Positions 53,159 through 63,724 of a stretch of 64,000 bases of DNA are shown here, piece after piece (position 1 is the stretch's first letter; every line of letters begins with the position of its first letter). Under the pieces are notes generated by a model that worked only from the letters and a program-made list of their open reading frames with translations, had not been told where the DNA came from and searched no databases. The position numbers were made by a program, and so were the translations under genes. Origin of the DNA: a bacterium (GTDB lineage Bacteria > UBA8248); the NCBI GenBank assembly GCA_963692865.2, contig OY843592.1, positions 2,880,001-2,944,000 on the forward strand, given 5' to 3'.

Positions 53159-54250
53159 TCACTCCCCCACGCAGAAGCTGAAAAATTCATCGAACAGCGC
53201 GCCCGCGTCGCGCGGGCCGGGGCAGGCCTCGGGGTGGTACTGTACGCTGAACACTTTGGGAGAGTCCGAACGCAGTCCCTCGCAAGTGTTGTCGTTGAGA
53301 GAGGAATGCGTGACGGCCACGCCGGCGGGCAGGCTCTCCGGGTCCACGGCGAAGGAGTGGTTCTGGGAGGTGATGTCCACCTTTTTCGTGCTCAAATCCT
53401 GCACGGGGTGGTTCGCCCCGTGGTGGCCGAACTTGAGCTTGTACGTCCTGCCGCCCAGGGCCTGCGCGAGTATCTGGTGCCCCAAGCAGATGCCCACAAT
53501 CGGCGCCCGGCCCATGATGCCCCGCACGTTTTCGACGACGTAGCCGAGGGCCGCCGGGTCGCCCGGGCCGTTCGAGAGGAAAACGGCGGCGGGCTTTCTC
53601 GCCAGTACGCTCTCGGCGGTCTCCGTCGCCGGCACGATTTCGAGATCGAAGCGCTTCCCGAGTTCCCGGAAAATGTTGTCCTTCGCCCCCAGGTCGTAGG
53701 CCACGCAGAGCGGGCGGCCTTTTCTCTCGCCCCAGGCGTGCGCGGCATCGCAGGTCACGCCGCGCACCATGTCGCGCCCGTCCAGCCCCGGACTCGCCTT
53801 GGCGCGCGCGATGAGGCTCCCCTCGTCCAAATCCGTGGAGGAGAGCACCGCCTTGAGCGCGCCCGCTTCGCGGACGTGGCGCGTGAGCGCGCGCGTATCG
53901 ACGCCCTCGATTCCGGGAACCCCCTGTTCTTTGAGGTAGGAATCCAGGTCCCCGTTCGCCCGGAAGTTGCTGTGGCGCCTCGAGACTTCCTTCACGATGA
54001 AGGCCTCGACCCAGACGCGGCGGGATTCCTCATCCCCCGGGATGACGCCGTAGTTCCCGATGTGGGGATAGGTCATCACCACCATCTGGCCGCGGTAGGA
54101 GGGGTCGGTGAGCACCTCCTGGTAGCCCGTCATCGCCGTGTTGAAGACGAGTTCGCCTTCCGCGTCCGCGTCCGCCCCGAAACCCGCGCCCCGGAAGACT
54201 CTGCCGTCCTCCAGGGCCAGGAGCGCCGGTTTGATTTTCCGTCCTCTCAT
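53159..54250 (-). CDS. carA: Carbamoyl-phosphate synthase small subunit
   Basis: LALEDG, FNTAMTGYQEVLTDPSY, SNGPGDP, GICLGHQ, SVQYHPEA. Confidence 0.99.
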   Translation of the reverse strand: MRGRKIKPALLALEDGRVFRGAGFGADADAEGELVFNTAMTGYQEVLTDPSYRGQMVVMTYPHIGNYGVIPGDEESRRVWVEAFIVKEVSRRHSNFRANGDLDSYLKEQGVPGIEGVDTRALTRHVREAGALKAVLSSTDLDEGSLIARAKASPGLDGRDMVRGVTCDAAHAWGERKGRPLCVAYDLGAKDNIFRELGKRFDLEIVPATETAESVLARKPAAVFLSNGPGDPAALGYVVENVRGIMGRAPIVGICLGHQILAQALGGRTYKLKFGHHGANHPVQDLSTKKVDITSQNHSFAVDPESLPAGVAVTHSSLNDNTCEGLRSDSPKVFSVQYHPEACPGPRDAGALFDEFFSFCVGE

Positions 54251-55569
54251 GTGGCGAGCGCCTCCTGGGCGGAGATTTTCATTTCACGGCCAAGCCTGCT
54301 CATCCGCACTTCTCCGCCGACGACAGTGGCGACGGCGCAGCCCCTGAGCTTCCAGCCCGCGAAGGGGGTGTTCCTGCCGTTGCTCTCGAACGCGTCGGGG
54401 TCGACCGTGATTTCGCGCTCGGGGTCCAAAATCGTCACGTCGCCCGGAGCGCCCTCTTTCAGCGTGCCGTGGGGCAGGCCCAGCACCTCGCGCGGCCCCG
54501 AGGTGAACTTGGCGATCATCTCGGGGAGGGTGAGCACGCCCCCGCCCACGAGCCTGTCCAGCGCGAGCGATACGGCCGTTTCCAGCCCCACGACCCCGAA
54601 CGGCACGGCGTCGAACTCCCTCTGGGTCTCGGCCTCGTAGTGCGGCGCGTGGTCCGATGCGATGACGGAAATCGTGCCGTCCCTGAGTCCCTCCAGCAGC
54701 GCCTGTCTGTTCGCCTCATCGCGCAGCGGAGGCGCCATCTTGGCCGAGGAGTCGAAGTCCTGTATCACCTCGTCGGTCAGGGAGAAATGGTGCGGCGTCA
54801 CCTCCGCCGTCACGCGCACCCCGCGCGCCCGCGCCGCCCGCACCAGGTCCACCGCGCCCGCGGAAGTAACATGTAGAATGTGGAGCCTGCCGCCGGTCAG
54901 CTCCGCCAGGCGGATGTCGCGATATACGCAGATGTCCTCGCTCGCCGCCGGGTTGCCCGCGAGCCCCAGCAGGGTGGAGACCGCCCCCTCGTTCATCACC
55001 TTCGCGCCCGAGAGCGACATATCCTCCGCGTGGTCGAGCACGCTCACGCCGAGCATTCCGGCGTATTCCAAGGCCGCGCGCATGAGCGCCGCCGTCTTGA
55101 CGGGCGCGCCGTCGTCGCTGAAGGCCACCGCGCCCGCCTCCATCTGCTCGGCCATCTCGCTCAACTCCTCGCCCTTAAGACACACCGAGACCGCGCCGAT
55201 GGGGAACACGCGGCAGGCGCCCACCTCGCGCGCGCGCTTGAGTATCCGCTCGGTGATGGAACTCGTGTCGTTCACCGGGTCGGTGTTCGCCATACACGCC
55301 ACGCCGGTGAAGCCGCCCGCGGCGGCGGCGCGGGTGCCGCTCTCGATGTCTTCCTTGTATTCCTGGCCCGGTTCGCGGAAATGGACGTGCATGTCGATGA
55401 AGCCGGGCGCGACGACGAGTCCCGCCGCGTCGATGACTTCATCCCCGCCGCGCGACGGGATGTTCTTCTTCCTGCGGGCGACTTGTCCCCCCTCGATCAG
55501 GATGTCGCATACCTCATCGACGCCGTCCGGGGGGTCGATGAGGCGGCCTCCCCTAATGAGCAACGGCAT
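54247..55569 (-). CDS. pyrC: Dihydroorotase (type I)
   Basis: [40 protein letters not shown]; likely start ATG 55569. Confidence 0.96.
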   Translation of the reverse strand: MPLLIRGGRLIDPPDGVDEVCDILIEGGQVARRKKNIPSRGGDEVIDAAGLVVAPGFIDMHVHFREPGQEYKEDIESGTRAAAAGGFTGVACMANTDPVNDTSSITERILKRAREVGACRVFPIGAVSVCLKGEELSEMAEQMEAGAVAFSDDGAPVKTAALMRAALEYAGMLGVSVLDHAEDMSLSGAKVMNEGAVSTLLGLAGNPAASEDICVYRDIRLAELTGGRLHILHVTSAGAVDLVRAARARGVRVTAEVTPHHFSLTDEVIQDFDSSAKMAPPLRDEANRQALLEGLRDGTISVIASDHAPHYEAETQREFDAVPFGVVGLETAVSLALDRLVGGGVLTLPEMIAKFTSGPREVLGLPHGTLKEGAPGDVTILDPEREITVDPDAFESNGRNTPFAGWKLRGCAVATVVGGEVRMSRLGREMKISAQEALAT

Positions 55570-56572
55570 CTCTCGCCTCCTCCCGCGATTTCCTGGGCGC
55601 GGCGGCGTCTTCCCCCTCCGGATCCGCATCCTCCGACTCCTCGTCCCGACTCACCGAGAGGAGATAGAGGATCGCCATGCGGCAGGCGACGCCGTACTCG
55701 ACCTGCTCCAGGATGACGGAGAACGGCCCGTCCGCCACGTCGGGGGACATCTCCACGCCCCGGTTGATGGGGCCCGGGTGCATGATGAGCAGGTCGCGCT
55801 TGGCCCCCCGGAGCTTCTTCTTGGTGATCCCGTATGTGCTGGCGTACTCGCGCGCGCTGGGGAAGGCGCTCCCCGCGCCCCGCTCCAGCTGGATTCTGAG
55901 CGCGATGAGCACGTCCGCCCCGTCGATGGCCTCGTCGAGCCGCGTCGTCACGCGCGCGCCCAGGCACTCGACTTCCGCGGGCAGCATCGTGGAGGGGCCG
56001 CAGAAGGTGACGTTCGCGCCCAGCTTCAGGAGGCCGGCCACGTTCGAGCGCGCCACGCGGCTGTGCGCGATGTCCCCCACGATGGAGACGTTCAGGCCCT
56101 CGAACTTCTTCTTGTGCTCCCGGATGGTGTAGAGGTCGAGCAGCGCCTGCGTGGGGTGTTCGTGGCAGCCGTCGCCCGCGTTCACGACGGCGCAGTCGAG
56201 TTCCCGGCCCAGATAGGCGGGCGCGCCCGACGCCGAGTGGCGGACGACGAGCACGTCGGTCGCCATCGCCTCGATGTTCCGCGCCGTGTCGCGCAGGGTT
56301 TCGCCCTTCGCCGCCGAACTCGTGGAGACGGAGAGGTTGATCACGTCCGCCGAGAGGCGCTTGCCCGCGATCTCGAACGAAGCGCGCGTGCGCGTGCTGT
56401 TCTCGAAGAACAGGTTGACGATGGTCTTTCCCCGCAGCGTGGGCACTTTCTTGATGTCGCGCTCGTTGATCTCGCGGAAAGAATCGGTCTGATCGAGCAG
56501 AAACGTGATTTCCCCGGGCTCCAGTTCCCGGATCGAGAGCAAATCCTTTCTTCGGTAGGTTTCCAGGCTCAT
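55553..56572 (-). CDS. pyrB: Aspartate carbamoyltransferase catalytic subunit
   Basis: [50 protein letters not shown]. Confidence 0.98.
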   Translation of the reverse strand: MSLETYRRKDLLSIRELEPGEITFLLDQTDSFREINERDIKKVPTLRGKTIVNLFFENSTRTRASFEIAGKRLSADVINLSVSTSSAAKGETLRDTARNIEAMATDVLVVRHSASGAPAYLGRELDCAVVNAGDGCHEHPTQALLDLYTIREHKKKFEGLNVSIVGDIAHSRVARSNVAGLLKLGANVTFCGPSTMLPAEVECLGARVTTRLDEAIDGADVLIALRIQLERGAGSAFPSAREYASTYGITKKKLRGAKRDLLIMHPGPINRGVEMSPDVADGPFSVILEQVEYGVACRMAILYLLSVSRDEESEDADPEGEDAAAPRKSREEARDAVAH

Positions 56573-56611
56573 ATTATCCCCCCCTTGTAACGCCCCGGCT
56601 TCGAGGCCCGC

Positions 56612-57136
56612 TTATCGCTTGAAAACGGCGTCGCGGCCGTCTGTTTCCTCCAGATGCACCCGCACTTCCTCGGGGTGGACCGCCTCGATGTTCTTGCCCA
56701 CGAAATCGGCGCGGATGGGCAATTCGCGCCCCCCCCTGTCCACCAGGATGGCGAGCCGCACCCTGCGGGGCCTGCCGAAGCTCATGAGCGCGGCCAGGGC
56801 GGCGCGCGCCGTGCGGCCCGTGTAGAGCACGTCGTCAACGAGAACCACGTCCTTGCTCTCGCAGGAGAAGGGGAGGTCCGTCTTCTTGAGGCCGGTTCTC
56901 ACGCCTCCCCCGTGGTTCAGGTCGTCGCGGTAGAGCGTCACGTCGAGCGCGCCCACGAGCGGATGCACGCCCACCAGAGACTGGAGCTCCCGCGCCAGCC
57001 TTTGCGCGAGCGGCGCGCCCCTCGTGCGGATGCCGATGAAAACCAGATCCGACAGATCGGCCGTACGCTCCAGAATCTCGTGCGAGAGGCGCCTCAGGGT
57101 GCGCCTCAGTTGCTCGGCGTCGAGTTGTTGCGTCAT
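56612..57136 (-). CDS. pyrR: Bifunctional pyr operon attenuation protein / uracil phosphoribosyltransferase
   Basis: RLSHEILE, GIRTRG, LDVTLYRDD, LVDDVLYTGRT, DRGGRELPIRADFVGK; likely start ATG 57136. Confidence 0.95.
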   Translation of the reverse strand: MTQQLDAEQLRRTLRRLSHEILERTADLSDLVFIGIRTRGAPLAQRLARELQSLVGVHPLVGALDVTLYRDDLNHGGGVRTGLKKTDLPFSCESKDVVLVDDVLYTGRTARAALAALMSFGRPRRVRLAILVDRGGRELPIRADFVGKNIEAVHPEEVRVHLEETDGRDAVFKR

Positions 57137-57181
57137 CAGGGCGAAATCCGGTGCCCGGGCGTTTGCGCGTGAAAGGAACGC

Positions 57182-57212
57182 AAAAAAAACTCCATGCCCA
57201 CAGGGCATGGAG
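57182..57212 (-). terminator. Attenuator terminator in the pyrR leader
   Basis: Minus strand CTCCATGCCC-TGT-GGGCATGGAG followed by T8. Confidence 0.85.
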
Positions 57213-57251
57213 TCTCGAAAACAGGCGAGAAAACGGCAATCATCTGCGCAT

Positions 57252-57286
57252 CCTCCTTCGCCGCCTCACGGGACGGCATTAAAGGG
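57252..57286 (-). promoter_or_regulatory. PyrR-binding RNA element
   Basis: Minus strand CCTTTAATGCCGTCCCGTGAGGCGGCGAAGG matches the PyrR consensus (CUUUAA ... GUCCNGNGAGG loop); lies upstream of the terminator and pyrR. Confidence 0.8.
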
Positions 57287-57383
57287 GAATCTCTTTATCA
57301 CCGGTTTGTTTCCGCCCGGCGAATATCCGGCCGGGCCATTTCCCCGAAACTAGCAGTCTTTGCCGCAAAGGGCAAGGGCGGAT

Positions 57384-57698
57384 TCAGGTTCGCTTCAAAA
57401 AATCCATCGGCCCGCCGGAGATTTCCTCCCTTTCGTCTGGCGCGTGAGCCGTTTCCTCCAGAATCTCGAACAGGCCGGATGCGTCCTTTTTCGACAGATT
57501 GCGCGTCGCCTCCCCCAGCACGCGGACCCGCAGGGTCCTGTTCTCTAACTTAAGCCTCAGCACGTCGCCGACCTCCACCCGGGAGGAGGCTTTGGCCGCT
57601 TTCCCCTCGATCTCGACCCCGCCCGAATCCGCCAGGCTCTTGGCGAGGGGACGACGCTTGACCAGGCGGCTAAGGCGCAAGAACTGATCCAGGCGCAT
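57384..57698 (-). CDS. S4-domain RNA-binding protein (YabO/RqcP/Hsp15-like)
   Basis: MRLDQFLRLSRLVKRRPLAK...KASSRVEVGD; downstream of mfd. Confidence 0.88.
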   Translation of the reverse strand: MRLDQFLRLSRLVKRRPLAKSLADSGGVEIEGKAAKASSRVEVGDVLRLKLENRTLRVRVLGEATRNLSKKDASGLFEILEETAHAPDEREEISGGPMDFLKRT

Positions 57699-57707
57699 CT
57701 TGCGTCG

Positions 57708-59192
57708 TCATTGGGTGATTTCTTTGGGGTCCGCCACGATGCTGCGCGTCTTCTGGACCTCCACCTCGAAGTCGAGCCGCGCGGCCTTGTTCTCCGTGTC
57801 GAAGGACATCTTTTTCGACCCCGTTTTTCCTCCTTCGTCCTTCGACTGTTCGGAGAACGCCTTGATCATATCCGCAAAACTGACTTTGTCGATAAACGAG
57901 TCGGGCAGCAGATACACGTAGCGGAACAAATAGATGTTCGCCGAGGGGTCGGGACTCACGAACAGCCTGTGTCCCGCCGCCAGGGCGCCGATGGCGTCTT
58001 TCCCCACGCTGGCGCCCTCGCCCACCTTCACCCTGTCCGATTTCCAGCGGGGCTTGTCCCGCCTCGCGCCGTAGGTCCACAAAACCCTGTCCTGGCCGAA
58101 CAGCCCTCCCTTCTCCTTGAGCTTGATGCCGACCAGCCGGAAGCTGATCTGCTCGCGAACGTCCTTAAAGACGGCGGAAAGGCCGCCGGGCGAAGGGCTG
58201 GGGTCGTAGCTGATTTCCAGAAAAGCGGCTCTCTTGAGATCGGTCACCCATTCGCGGCGTCTCTTGGCGAGTTTTTCCCGGAACATCTTGTCGCGGATTT
58301 TGCCGGATACCCTGTCGAGAGTAATCACCTTGCCCGGCGTAACGTCATCGACGCGAATGACGTGAAAACCCACTCTCGTCCTCGTGGGCTTGCTCGTCGC
58401 GCCCTTCGCCGTCGCGAAAATGAGTTGTTCGAGTTCGGGAAAAACCTCGCCCTTCTTCACGGAGCCCAGCGCGCCGCCTCGGCTCCGGGCGGGGCCTTCG
58501 GAATGCTTCTCGGCCAGCCTGGCGAAATCCGCGCCCGGCTTCGCGGCCTCCTCGTACGCAAGGTCCGCTTTTTTTCGCTGCGCTTCGATCTCCCCGGCGA
58601 AAGCGTCCTTGCTCACGGGAAAGAAAATCTGCCGCACCACCCGGCTCTCGGCCTCACGGTAGTCATCGGCATGCGCTTCGTAATAATCCGCGATTTCCTG
58701 CTCCACCACCGAGACGCGCGCGCCGACTTCCATGCTCTCCACTTTCCGCGCCAGCAACTTCTTGCGAAGCTCGTCGCGGTACTTCTCCATCGTCATTCCC
58801 TGCAACGACAAAAACGAGCGCAATCCGGCCGTCGTCGTTTTGTTCTGGCGAAGTATGCCCGCGATTGCTTTTTCAATTTCTTTTTCGCTGACTTTCAACG
58901 CCAGAGCCGAGGAGCGCTTCAAAATGAGTTTGCTCTGGATCATGGCGTCGAGCGCCTTGATTTCGAGTTCGCGAATCCGCCGGTTCAGTTGCGCTCCCCT
59001 GTAATCCCGCCTCAACTTGTCGACCCTCGGCTTCACGAAGTCCTGAAGCTCCGAGAGCATGATGATGTCATCGTCAACCTTCGCGATGATCCTCTCGATC
59101 GTTACGGAGGCGGCGGTCGCCGCGACGGGCGCGCCCGCCAGGGCGCAAAACGCAATCGCCGACACGCAGAAACGCCTAGCCCGATACGACAT
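57708..59192 (-). CDS. SurA-like chaperone / parvulin PPIase with an extra C-terminal domain
   Basis: Signal peptide, ERIIAKVDDDII (SurA N-domain), FARLAEKHSE...GGALG...GFHVI (parvulin), then about 165 extra residues. Confidence 0.85.
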   Translation of the reverse strand: MSYRARRFCVSAIAFCALAGAPVAATAASVTIERIIAKVDDDIIMLSELQDFVKPRVDKLRRDYRGAQLNRRIRELEIKALDAMIQSKLILKRSSALALKVSEKEIEKAIAGILRQNKTTTAGLRSFLSLQGMTMEKYRDELRKKLLARKVESMEVGARVSVVEQEIADYYEAHADDYREAESRVVRQIFFPVSKDAFAGEIEAQRKKADLAYEEAAKPGADFARLAEKHSEGPARSRGGALGSVKKGEVFPELEQLIFATAKGATSKPTRTRVGFHVIRVDDVTPGKVITLDRVSGKIRDKMFREKLAKRRREWVTDLKRAAFLEISYDPSPSPGGLSAVFKDVREQISFRLVGIKLKEKGGLFGQDRVLWTYGARRDKPRWKSDRVKVGEGASVGKDAIGALAAGHRLFVSPDPSANIYLFRYVYLLPDSFIDKVSFADMIKAFSEQSKDEGGKTGSKKMSFDTENKAARLDFEVEVQKTRSIVADPKEITQ

Positions 59193-60162
59193 TTTCAAGA
59201 TTTTCCAGATAGTATGTGATCTTCGCATTTCGTTTGAGTTCTCCGAGCCAGCCTTCGAGCCGCGCCCTTCCCTTATCGGCCAGCAAACGTTTTTTGATGT
59301 CATTCTTCACGGACGCGAGAGTTTTCTGGAGCGGGAGCCTCCTCTCCGAGACCTCGAGGAGGTGGAAACCCGCCGGGCTCCGAACGACCCGGCTCACCTC
59401 GCCCAATTTCAGCGATTTCACCACGTTCTCGATGTATTCGGGCAACTCCCCCGGCTGGAAATAGCCCAAATCGCCGCCCACGCCGCGCTCGGGGCCGATG
59501 GAGTGCTTTTGCGCGAGAGACGCGAACGATTTGCCGTCGAGAACGAATTTTCTCAACCGCTCGGCCATTTTAGCCGAAGAGACGACGATCTGGCGAACCC
59601 GCAGGCGCCTCCCGACCCGGAATTTCTCCTTGTTGCGGTTATAGTAATCTTCAATCTCGGCTTCGGAGACCTCCAGCTTCGAATACACCTCCTTTTCCAG
59701 CAGATGTTCGATTTCGAGCGTCTCGCGCATCGTCTTGAGCCACGACTCCTTGTCGACCCCCTGCTCTTTCAGGACGGCGTCCAAATCCTCTCCGCCATAT
59801 TGGCCGCGAACGAATTCGACGAAACGCCGCACCCTGCCTTCGCTCACATATCCGTCCCCCTCCCGGAAGCGCTGAAGCAAGAGGCGCCTTTCCACGAGTT
59901 GATCCAGCACGATCCTGGATATGGGTTTTTCGGCCCTGCCCGAAACCTTCTCGCTCGCGCGCGTCATGAAATGCGCGCGCACGTCCGCCTCGGTAATCGG
60001 CTCGCCGTTCACCTGCGCCAGCAGGATATCCTTTTTCTCGCTTTTCGCCTGGAACGAAAAATCACAGCCCGCCGCGACGAGCAGCGCCGCCCAACAAACC
60101 CAAGCCCGCCGTGTTCGACCGCCCCGCATCAGACGCCGCGCGCTTCCCCCGTTTTCCGCCAT
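59176..60162 (-). CDS. PrsA/SurA-like parvulin PPIase, probable lipoprotein
   Basis: LLVAAGC lipobox-like motif, LAQVNGEPI, RQIVV, FASLAQKHS, GGDLG, GFHLL; start uncertain. Confidence 0.85.
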   Translation of the reverse strand: MAENGGSARRLMRGGRTRRAWVCWAALLVAAGCDFSFQAKSEKKDILLAQVNGEPITEADVRAHFMTRASEKVSGRAEKPISRIVLDQLVERRLLLQRFREGDGYVSEGRVRRFVEFVRGQYGGEDLDAVLKEQGVDKESWLKTMRETLEIEHLLEKEVYSKLEVSEAEIEDYYNRNKEKFRVGRRLRVRQIVVSSAKMAERLRKFVLDGKSFASLAQKHSIGPERGVGGDLGYFQPGELPEYIENVVKSLKLGEVSRVVRSPAGFHLLEVSERRLPLQKTLASVKNDIKKRLLADKGRARLEGWLGELKRNAKITYYLENLENVVSG

Positions 60163-60169
60163 GAGAGCC

Positions 60170-63100
60170 TCACGCTCCTTCCACCACAAACTCGCCTTCG
60201 GAGACCTTGCACACTTCCAAAGCATCCAGCACCTGAACGAGAAAGTCAAAATCCTCCGGCCAGCGCCCGCTGATGCCCGCTCGAAAAGCATGGGCGTCGG
60301 TGAACACCATGCCCGGCATATCGAGAAAAGCGGCCGTCAACTCGTAGTCGCCCGGGAAAATCTCCATATGCGCCTCCTTGCCGCGAAAATGAAGGGATTT
60401 GATTCCGCAAAGGCGGGCGCGCAAACGGATTTCCCCCAGTTGCAGAAGGTGGAGGGCGCGCTCCGGCATCTCGCCGTATTTGTCCCTGAGCTCCACGCCC
60501 AACTCTCTCAATTCGGCCGGCGCCTGCGCCGATGCGATTCGGCGATACACGTCGAGGCGCTCGGCCTGGGCCGGAATCCACGAAGGCGGCAGCGTGCCCG
60601 CCACCGGCGCGACGATCTCGGGCTCACGGCGCTCGACGGCCTCGCCCTTGGCCTCCTGCACCACCTCTTCCAGAAGGCGGCAGTACATGTCGAATCCCAC
60701 GGCCGAGATTTGCCCCGATTGCCGATGCCCGAGCAAATGGCCTGCGCCGCGAATTTCCAGATCGCGCATGGCCAGCCTGAAGCCGGCTCCCAGTTCGCTC
60801 AACTCCTCGAGCGCCTGGAGCCGCTCTCTGGCCTGCCTCGTCAGGGAGCCTCCGCCGGAGACAAGGAGGTAGGCGTGCGCTTCGAACCTGTCGCGCCCTA
60901 CCCGGCCGCGCAACTGGTACAGTTGCGCCATGCCGAACGTGTCCGCCCGGTTGATCACGATCGTGTTCACCGAGGGGATGTCGAGGCCGCTTTCGATGAT
61001 CGTGGTGCAGAGAAGCACGTCGGCCCGGCGGGTCACGAACCGCTCCATCACCTCTTCGAGTTCTCTTTCCTTCATCTGGCCGTGGCCCACCAGTATCCGC
61101 GCGTCGGGCGCGAGTTTCTGCAGAAGCTGCCGCATGGCGGGGAGGCTCCTCACCCGGTTGTGCACGAAAAACACCTGGCCCCCCCGGTCGATTTCCTTGG
61201 TGATGGCGTCTTTGATGAGTTTTTCGCTGAAGCGCGATATGTAGGTGCGCGGCGCGACCCGGTGGCGCGGGGGCGTTTCGATGACGCTCAAATCGCGCGT
61301 GCCCGAAAGCGCCATCTGCAAGGTTCGGGGAATGGGCGTGGCGGTGAGCGTCAGAACGTCCACGTCGACGCGGAGTTTCTTGAGCTTCTCTTTATGGGAA
61401 ACGCCGAAACGATGCTCTTCGTCGATGACCAAAAGCCCCAGATCGCGAAACGACACGTCTTTCTGCAACAGTCGATGGGTGCCGACGACGATGTCCACGC
61501 GACCGGTGGAGAGTCCCTCGACCACTTCGTTCTGCTCTTTTCTGCTTCTGAAGCGCGAGAGCATCTCCACATGGACCGGCAACGATTCGAAGCGCTTGCC
61601 GAACGTGTCCCGATGCTGGTGCGCCAGCAGCGTCGTCGGCACGATGACGGCGACTTGCTTGCCCGCCGAAATCGCCCGGGCGGCGGCGCGGAGCGCCACC
61701 TCCGTCTTTCCGTAGCCGACATCCCCGCAGATGAGGCGGTCCATCGGGCGGGCGCGCTCCATATCTCCCAGCACGGCGCGAATGGCCTGTTCCTGATCGG
61801 GCGTTTCCTCGAACCCGAAGCTGGCGGAGATTTCATGATCGAACGCGCCTTCCGTCGAAAAGGAATATCCCTCGGCGGCGCTTCGCTCCGAATACAGGCG
61901 CACCAGATCGCGAGCGATCCCCCGGAGCGATTTCTTGACGTTGTTCTTCGTCCTGCTCCACCGGTTCCCGCCCAATCTGTCCAGGGGCGGCGGGACGCCC
62001 GCGCCGCGATATTTGTGGATGCGCTCGACGTCGTCCATCGGGACGTAGAGTTTGTCGCTTCCCGCATACTGGAGAGTGAGGAATTCGTTCTCCCCGTCCC
62101 GATGCTCGATGACGCGCGTGCCCATATAGCGGCCGACGCCGTGCTCCACGTGCACCACAAGGTCGTTTTCATTGAGGTCCTTCAGGCCCTCGCCGGGCCT
62201 CGACTTCGGGAGGCGGCGCGAATCCCCGCCCAAAGCGCCGACCAGCAGGTCCTGCGCGCGGAACAACACCCTTCGCTCTTCGGGGAGCCGGAAGCCGTCG
62301 CCGAGTTTCCCCTCCGCCAGAACGACGTCGTGGCGGCCATCCATCAGCGAGGCGCCCTGGGGCAAAACTTCCACGCCCACTTCATGCTCGCGCAGGAGCG
62401 CCTGTATCCTGAGCGCTAGTGTCCTCTCCTCCGCCACGATGACGACGCTCTCATCCTCCCGGCGCCATGCGCGGAGTTGATCGACGAACGCCTCCACCCG
62501 CCCCCGGAAGGGGCTGATGTTTTCCGCGCGCAAAACCTCGTCCGCCTCGAAGCCCTCCTCGGGATTCGGGGCGTCCAGCCCCAGGGAATCGAACTCGAGG
62601 CGCGGCCAGATGGATAGCTCCTCGCGAATCTCCTCCGGCGCGAGCCACAAACGCTCGGGGGCGAAGGAAACGAGGCCCCTCTCGGGCGCCAGACGCGCCT
62701 CCTCGTTCACTTCCTCCCACAACTTCTCCATCGCCTCGTCGATGTTCTCCGCTTCGTTCAGGATCCAGAGCGCGCTTCCGGGCGCCACGTCGAACAAGGT
62801 CGTCATCTCGGACAGGAACATGGGCGCGAGACCCTCCATGCCCGAAAAGTGCCCGTCCGCGTCCAGGTATTCGAGAAGGCGCTCCATCCGTTCGATCGTT
62901 TCCGGCGCGGCGGCTTCCGAAAGCGCGCCGCGGCCCCTCTCCACCTCCTCCGGCGAGAAAACAATCTCTTTCGCCGGAAAAACGTCCACGCTTTGCAGGG
63001 TGTCCAGATTCCGCTGCGTCTGGGGATGGAAACTTCGCAAGGAATCGAGTTCATCCCCCCGAAACTCCAGGCGCGTCGGATATGCGTTCTGGGGGGAGAA

Positions 63101-63637
63101 GAAATCCAGAATACCGCCCCTTACGGCATATTCTCCGGGAGATTCAACCACCGACCTCCTTTGGTACGTCAGTGATTCGAGCGAACCGATGAACGGGTCG
63201 CGCTCGATCTCCATGCCTTCGCGCAAGTGAACGATGGCGTCGTTCAACCGCTCCGGCGGGGGCACGCGCATCCCCATGGCCAGCACGCTCGTCAGGACGA
63301 CGCCTCGCTCCCCGCCGCGCAAAAACCGCAGCGCGGACATCCTCTCTCCGACGACCTCACTGGACGGAGACAACCGGGAGAAGGGGTACACGTCCCACGC
63401 CGGGAAGCCCAGCACCGGCAAATTCCCCGCCCCCGACGAGGAAGCGCCGACGAACAGCTTCATGTTCGCTTTCATCGCGTCGAGGCGGCGCGGCTCTCCT
63501 TCGACGAAAATAACGGGCCCGGCGTGTTCGCGCGCGATCCTGGCCAGCCACCAGGCGACCGACGCATCGCTGGCGCCGCGCAGGTGAACCCGCTTGGCTC
63601 CATCGACATCCAGAAGCGGCAAAAAGGATTTATTCAT
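60170..63637 (-). CDS. mfd: Transcription-repair coupling factor
   Basis: UvrB-like N-terminus (VRGGILD), CarD/RID (VVHVEHGVGRY), GDVGYGKTEVA, DEEHRFG, QLRGRVGR, RDLEIRGAG, TRCF domain. Confidence 0.98.
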   Translation of the reverse strand: MNKSFLPLLDVDGAKRVHLRGASDASVAWWLARIAREHAGPVIFVEGEPRRLDAMKANMKLFVGASSSGAGNLPVLGFPAWDVYPFSRLSPSSEVVGERMSALRFLRGGERGVVLTSVLAMGMRVPPPERLNDAIVHLREGMEIERDPFIGSLESLTYQRRSVVESPGEYAVRGGILDFFSPQNAYPTRLEFRGDELDSLRSFHPQTQRNLDTLQSVDVFPAKEIVFSPEEVERGRGALSEAAAPETIERMERLLEYLDADGHFSGMEGLAPMFLSEMTTLFDVAPGSALWILNEAENIDEAMEKLWEEVNEEARLAPERGLVSFAPERLWLAPEEIREELSIWPRLEFDSLGLDAPNPEEGFEADEVLRAENISPFRGRVEAFVDQLRAWRREDESVVIVAEERTLALRIQALLREHEVGVEVLPQGASLMDGRHDVVLAEGKLGDGFRLPEERRVLFRAQDLLVGALGGDSRRLPKSRPGEGLKDLNENDLVVHVEHGVGRYMGTRVIEHRDGENEFLTLQYAGSDKLYVPMDDVERIHKYRGAGVPPPLDRLGGNRWSRTKNNVKKSLRGIARDLVRLYSERSAAEGYSFSTEGAFDHEISASFGFEETPDQEQAIRAVLGDMERARPMDRLICGDVGYGKTEVALRAAARAISAGKQVAVIVPTTLLAHQHRDTFGKRFESLPVHVEMLSRFRSRKEQNEVVEGLSTGRVDIVVGTHRLLQKDVSFRDLGLLVIDEEHRFGVSHKEKLKKLRVDVDVLTLTATPIPRTLQMALSGTRDLSVIETPPRHRVAPRTYISRFSEKLIKDAITKEIDRGGQVFFVHNRVRSLPAMRQLLQKLAPDARILVGHGQMKERELEEVMERFVTRRADVLLCTTIIESGLDIPSVNTIVINRADTFGMAQLYQLRGRVGRDRFEAHAYLLVSGGGSLTRQARERLQALEELSELGAGFRLAMRDLEIRGAGHLLGHRQSGQISAVGFDMYCRLLEEVVQEAKGEAVERREPEIVAPVAGTLPPSWIPAQAERLDVYRRIASAQAPAELRELGVELRDKYGEMPERALHLLQLGEIRLRARLCGIKSLHFRGKEAHMEIFPGDYELTAAFLDMPGMVFTDAHAFRAGISGRWPEDFDFLVQVLDALEVCKVSEGEFVVEGA

Positions 63638-63724
63638 GACGTGAAATTTCAGATGTCAAATCGAACATCAGGCAATGAAGTGTGTCGAAATATCTCGTAT
63701 CGCATGAAAAATTGCAGAAAACGA

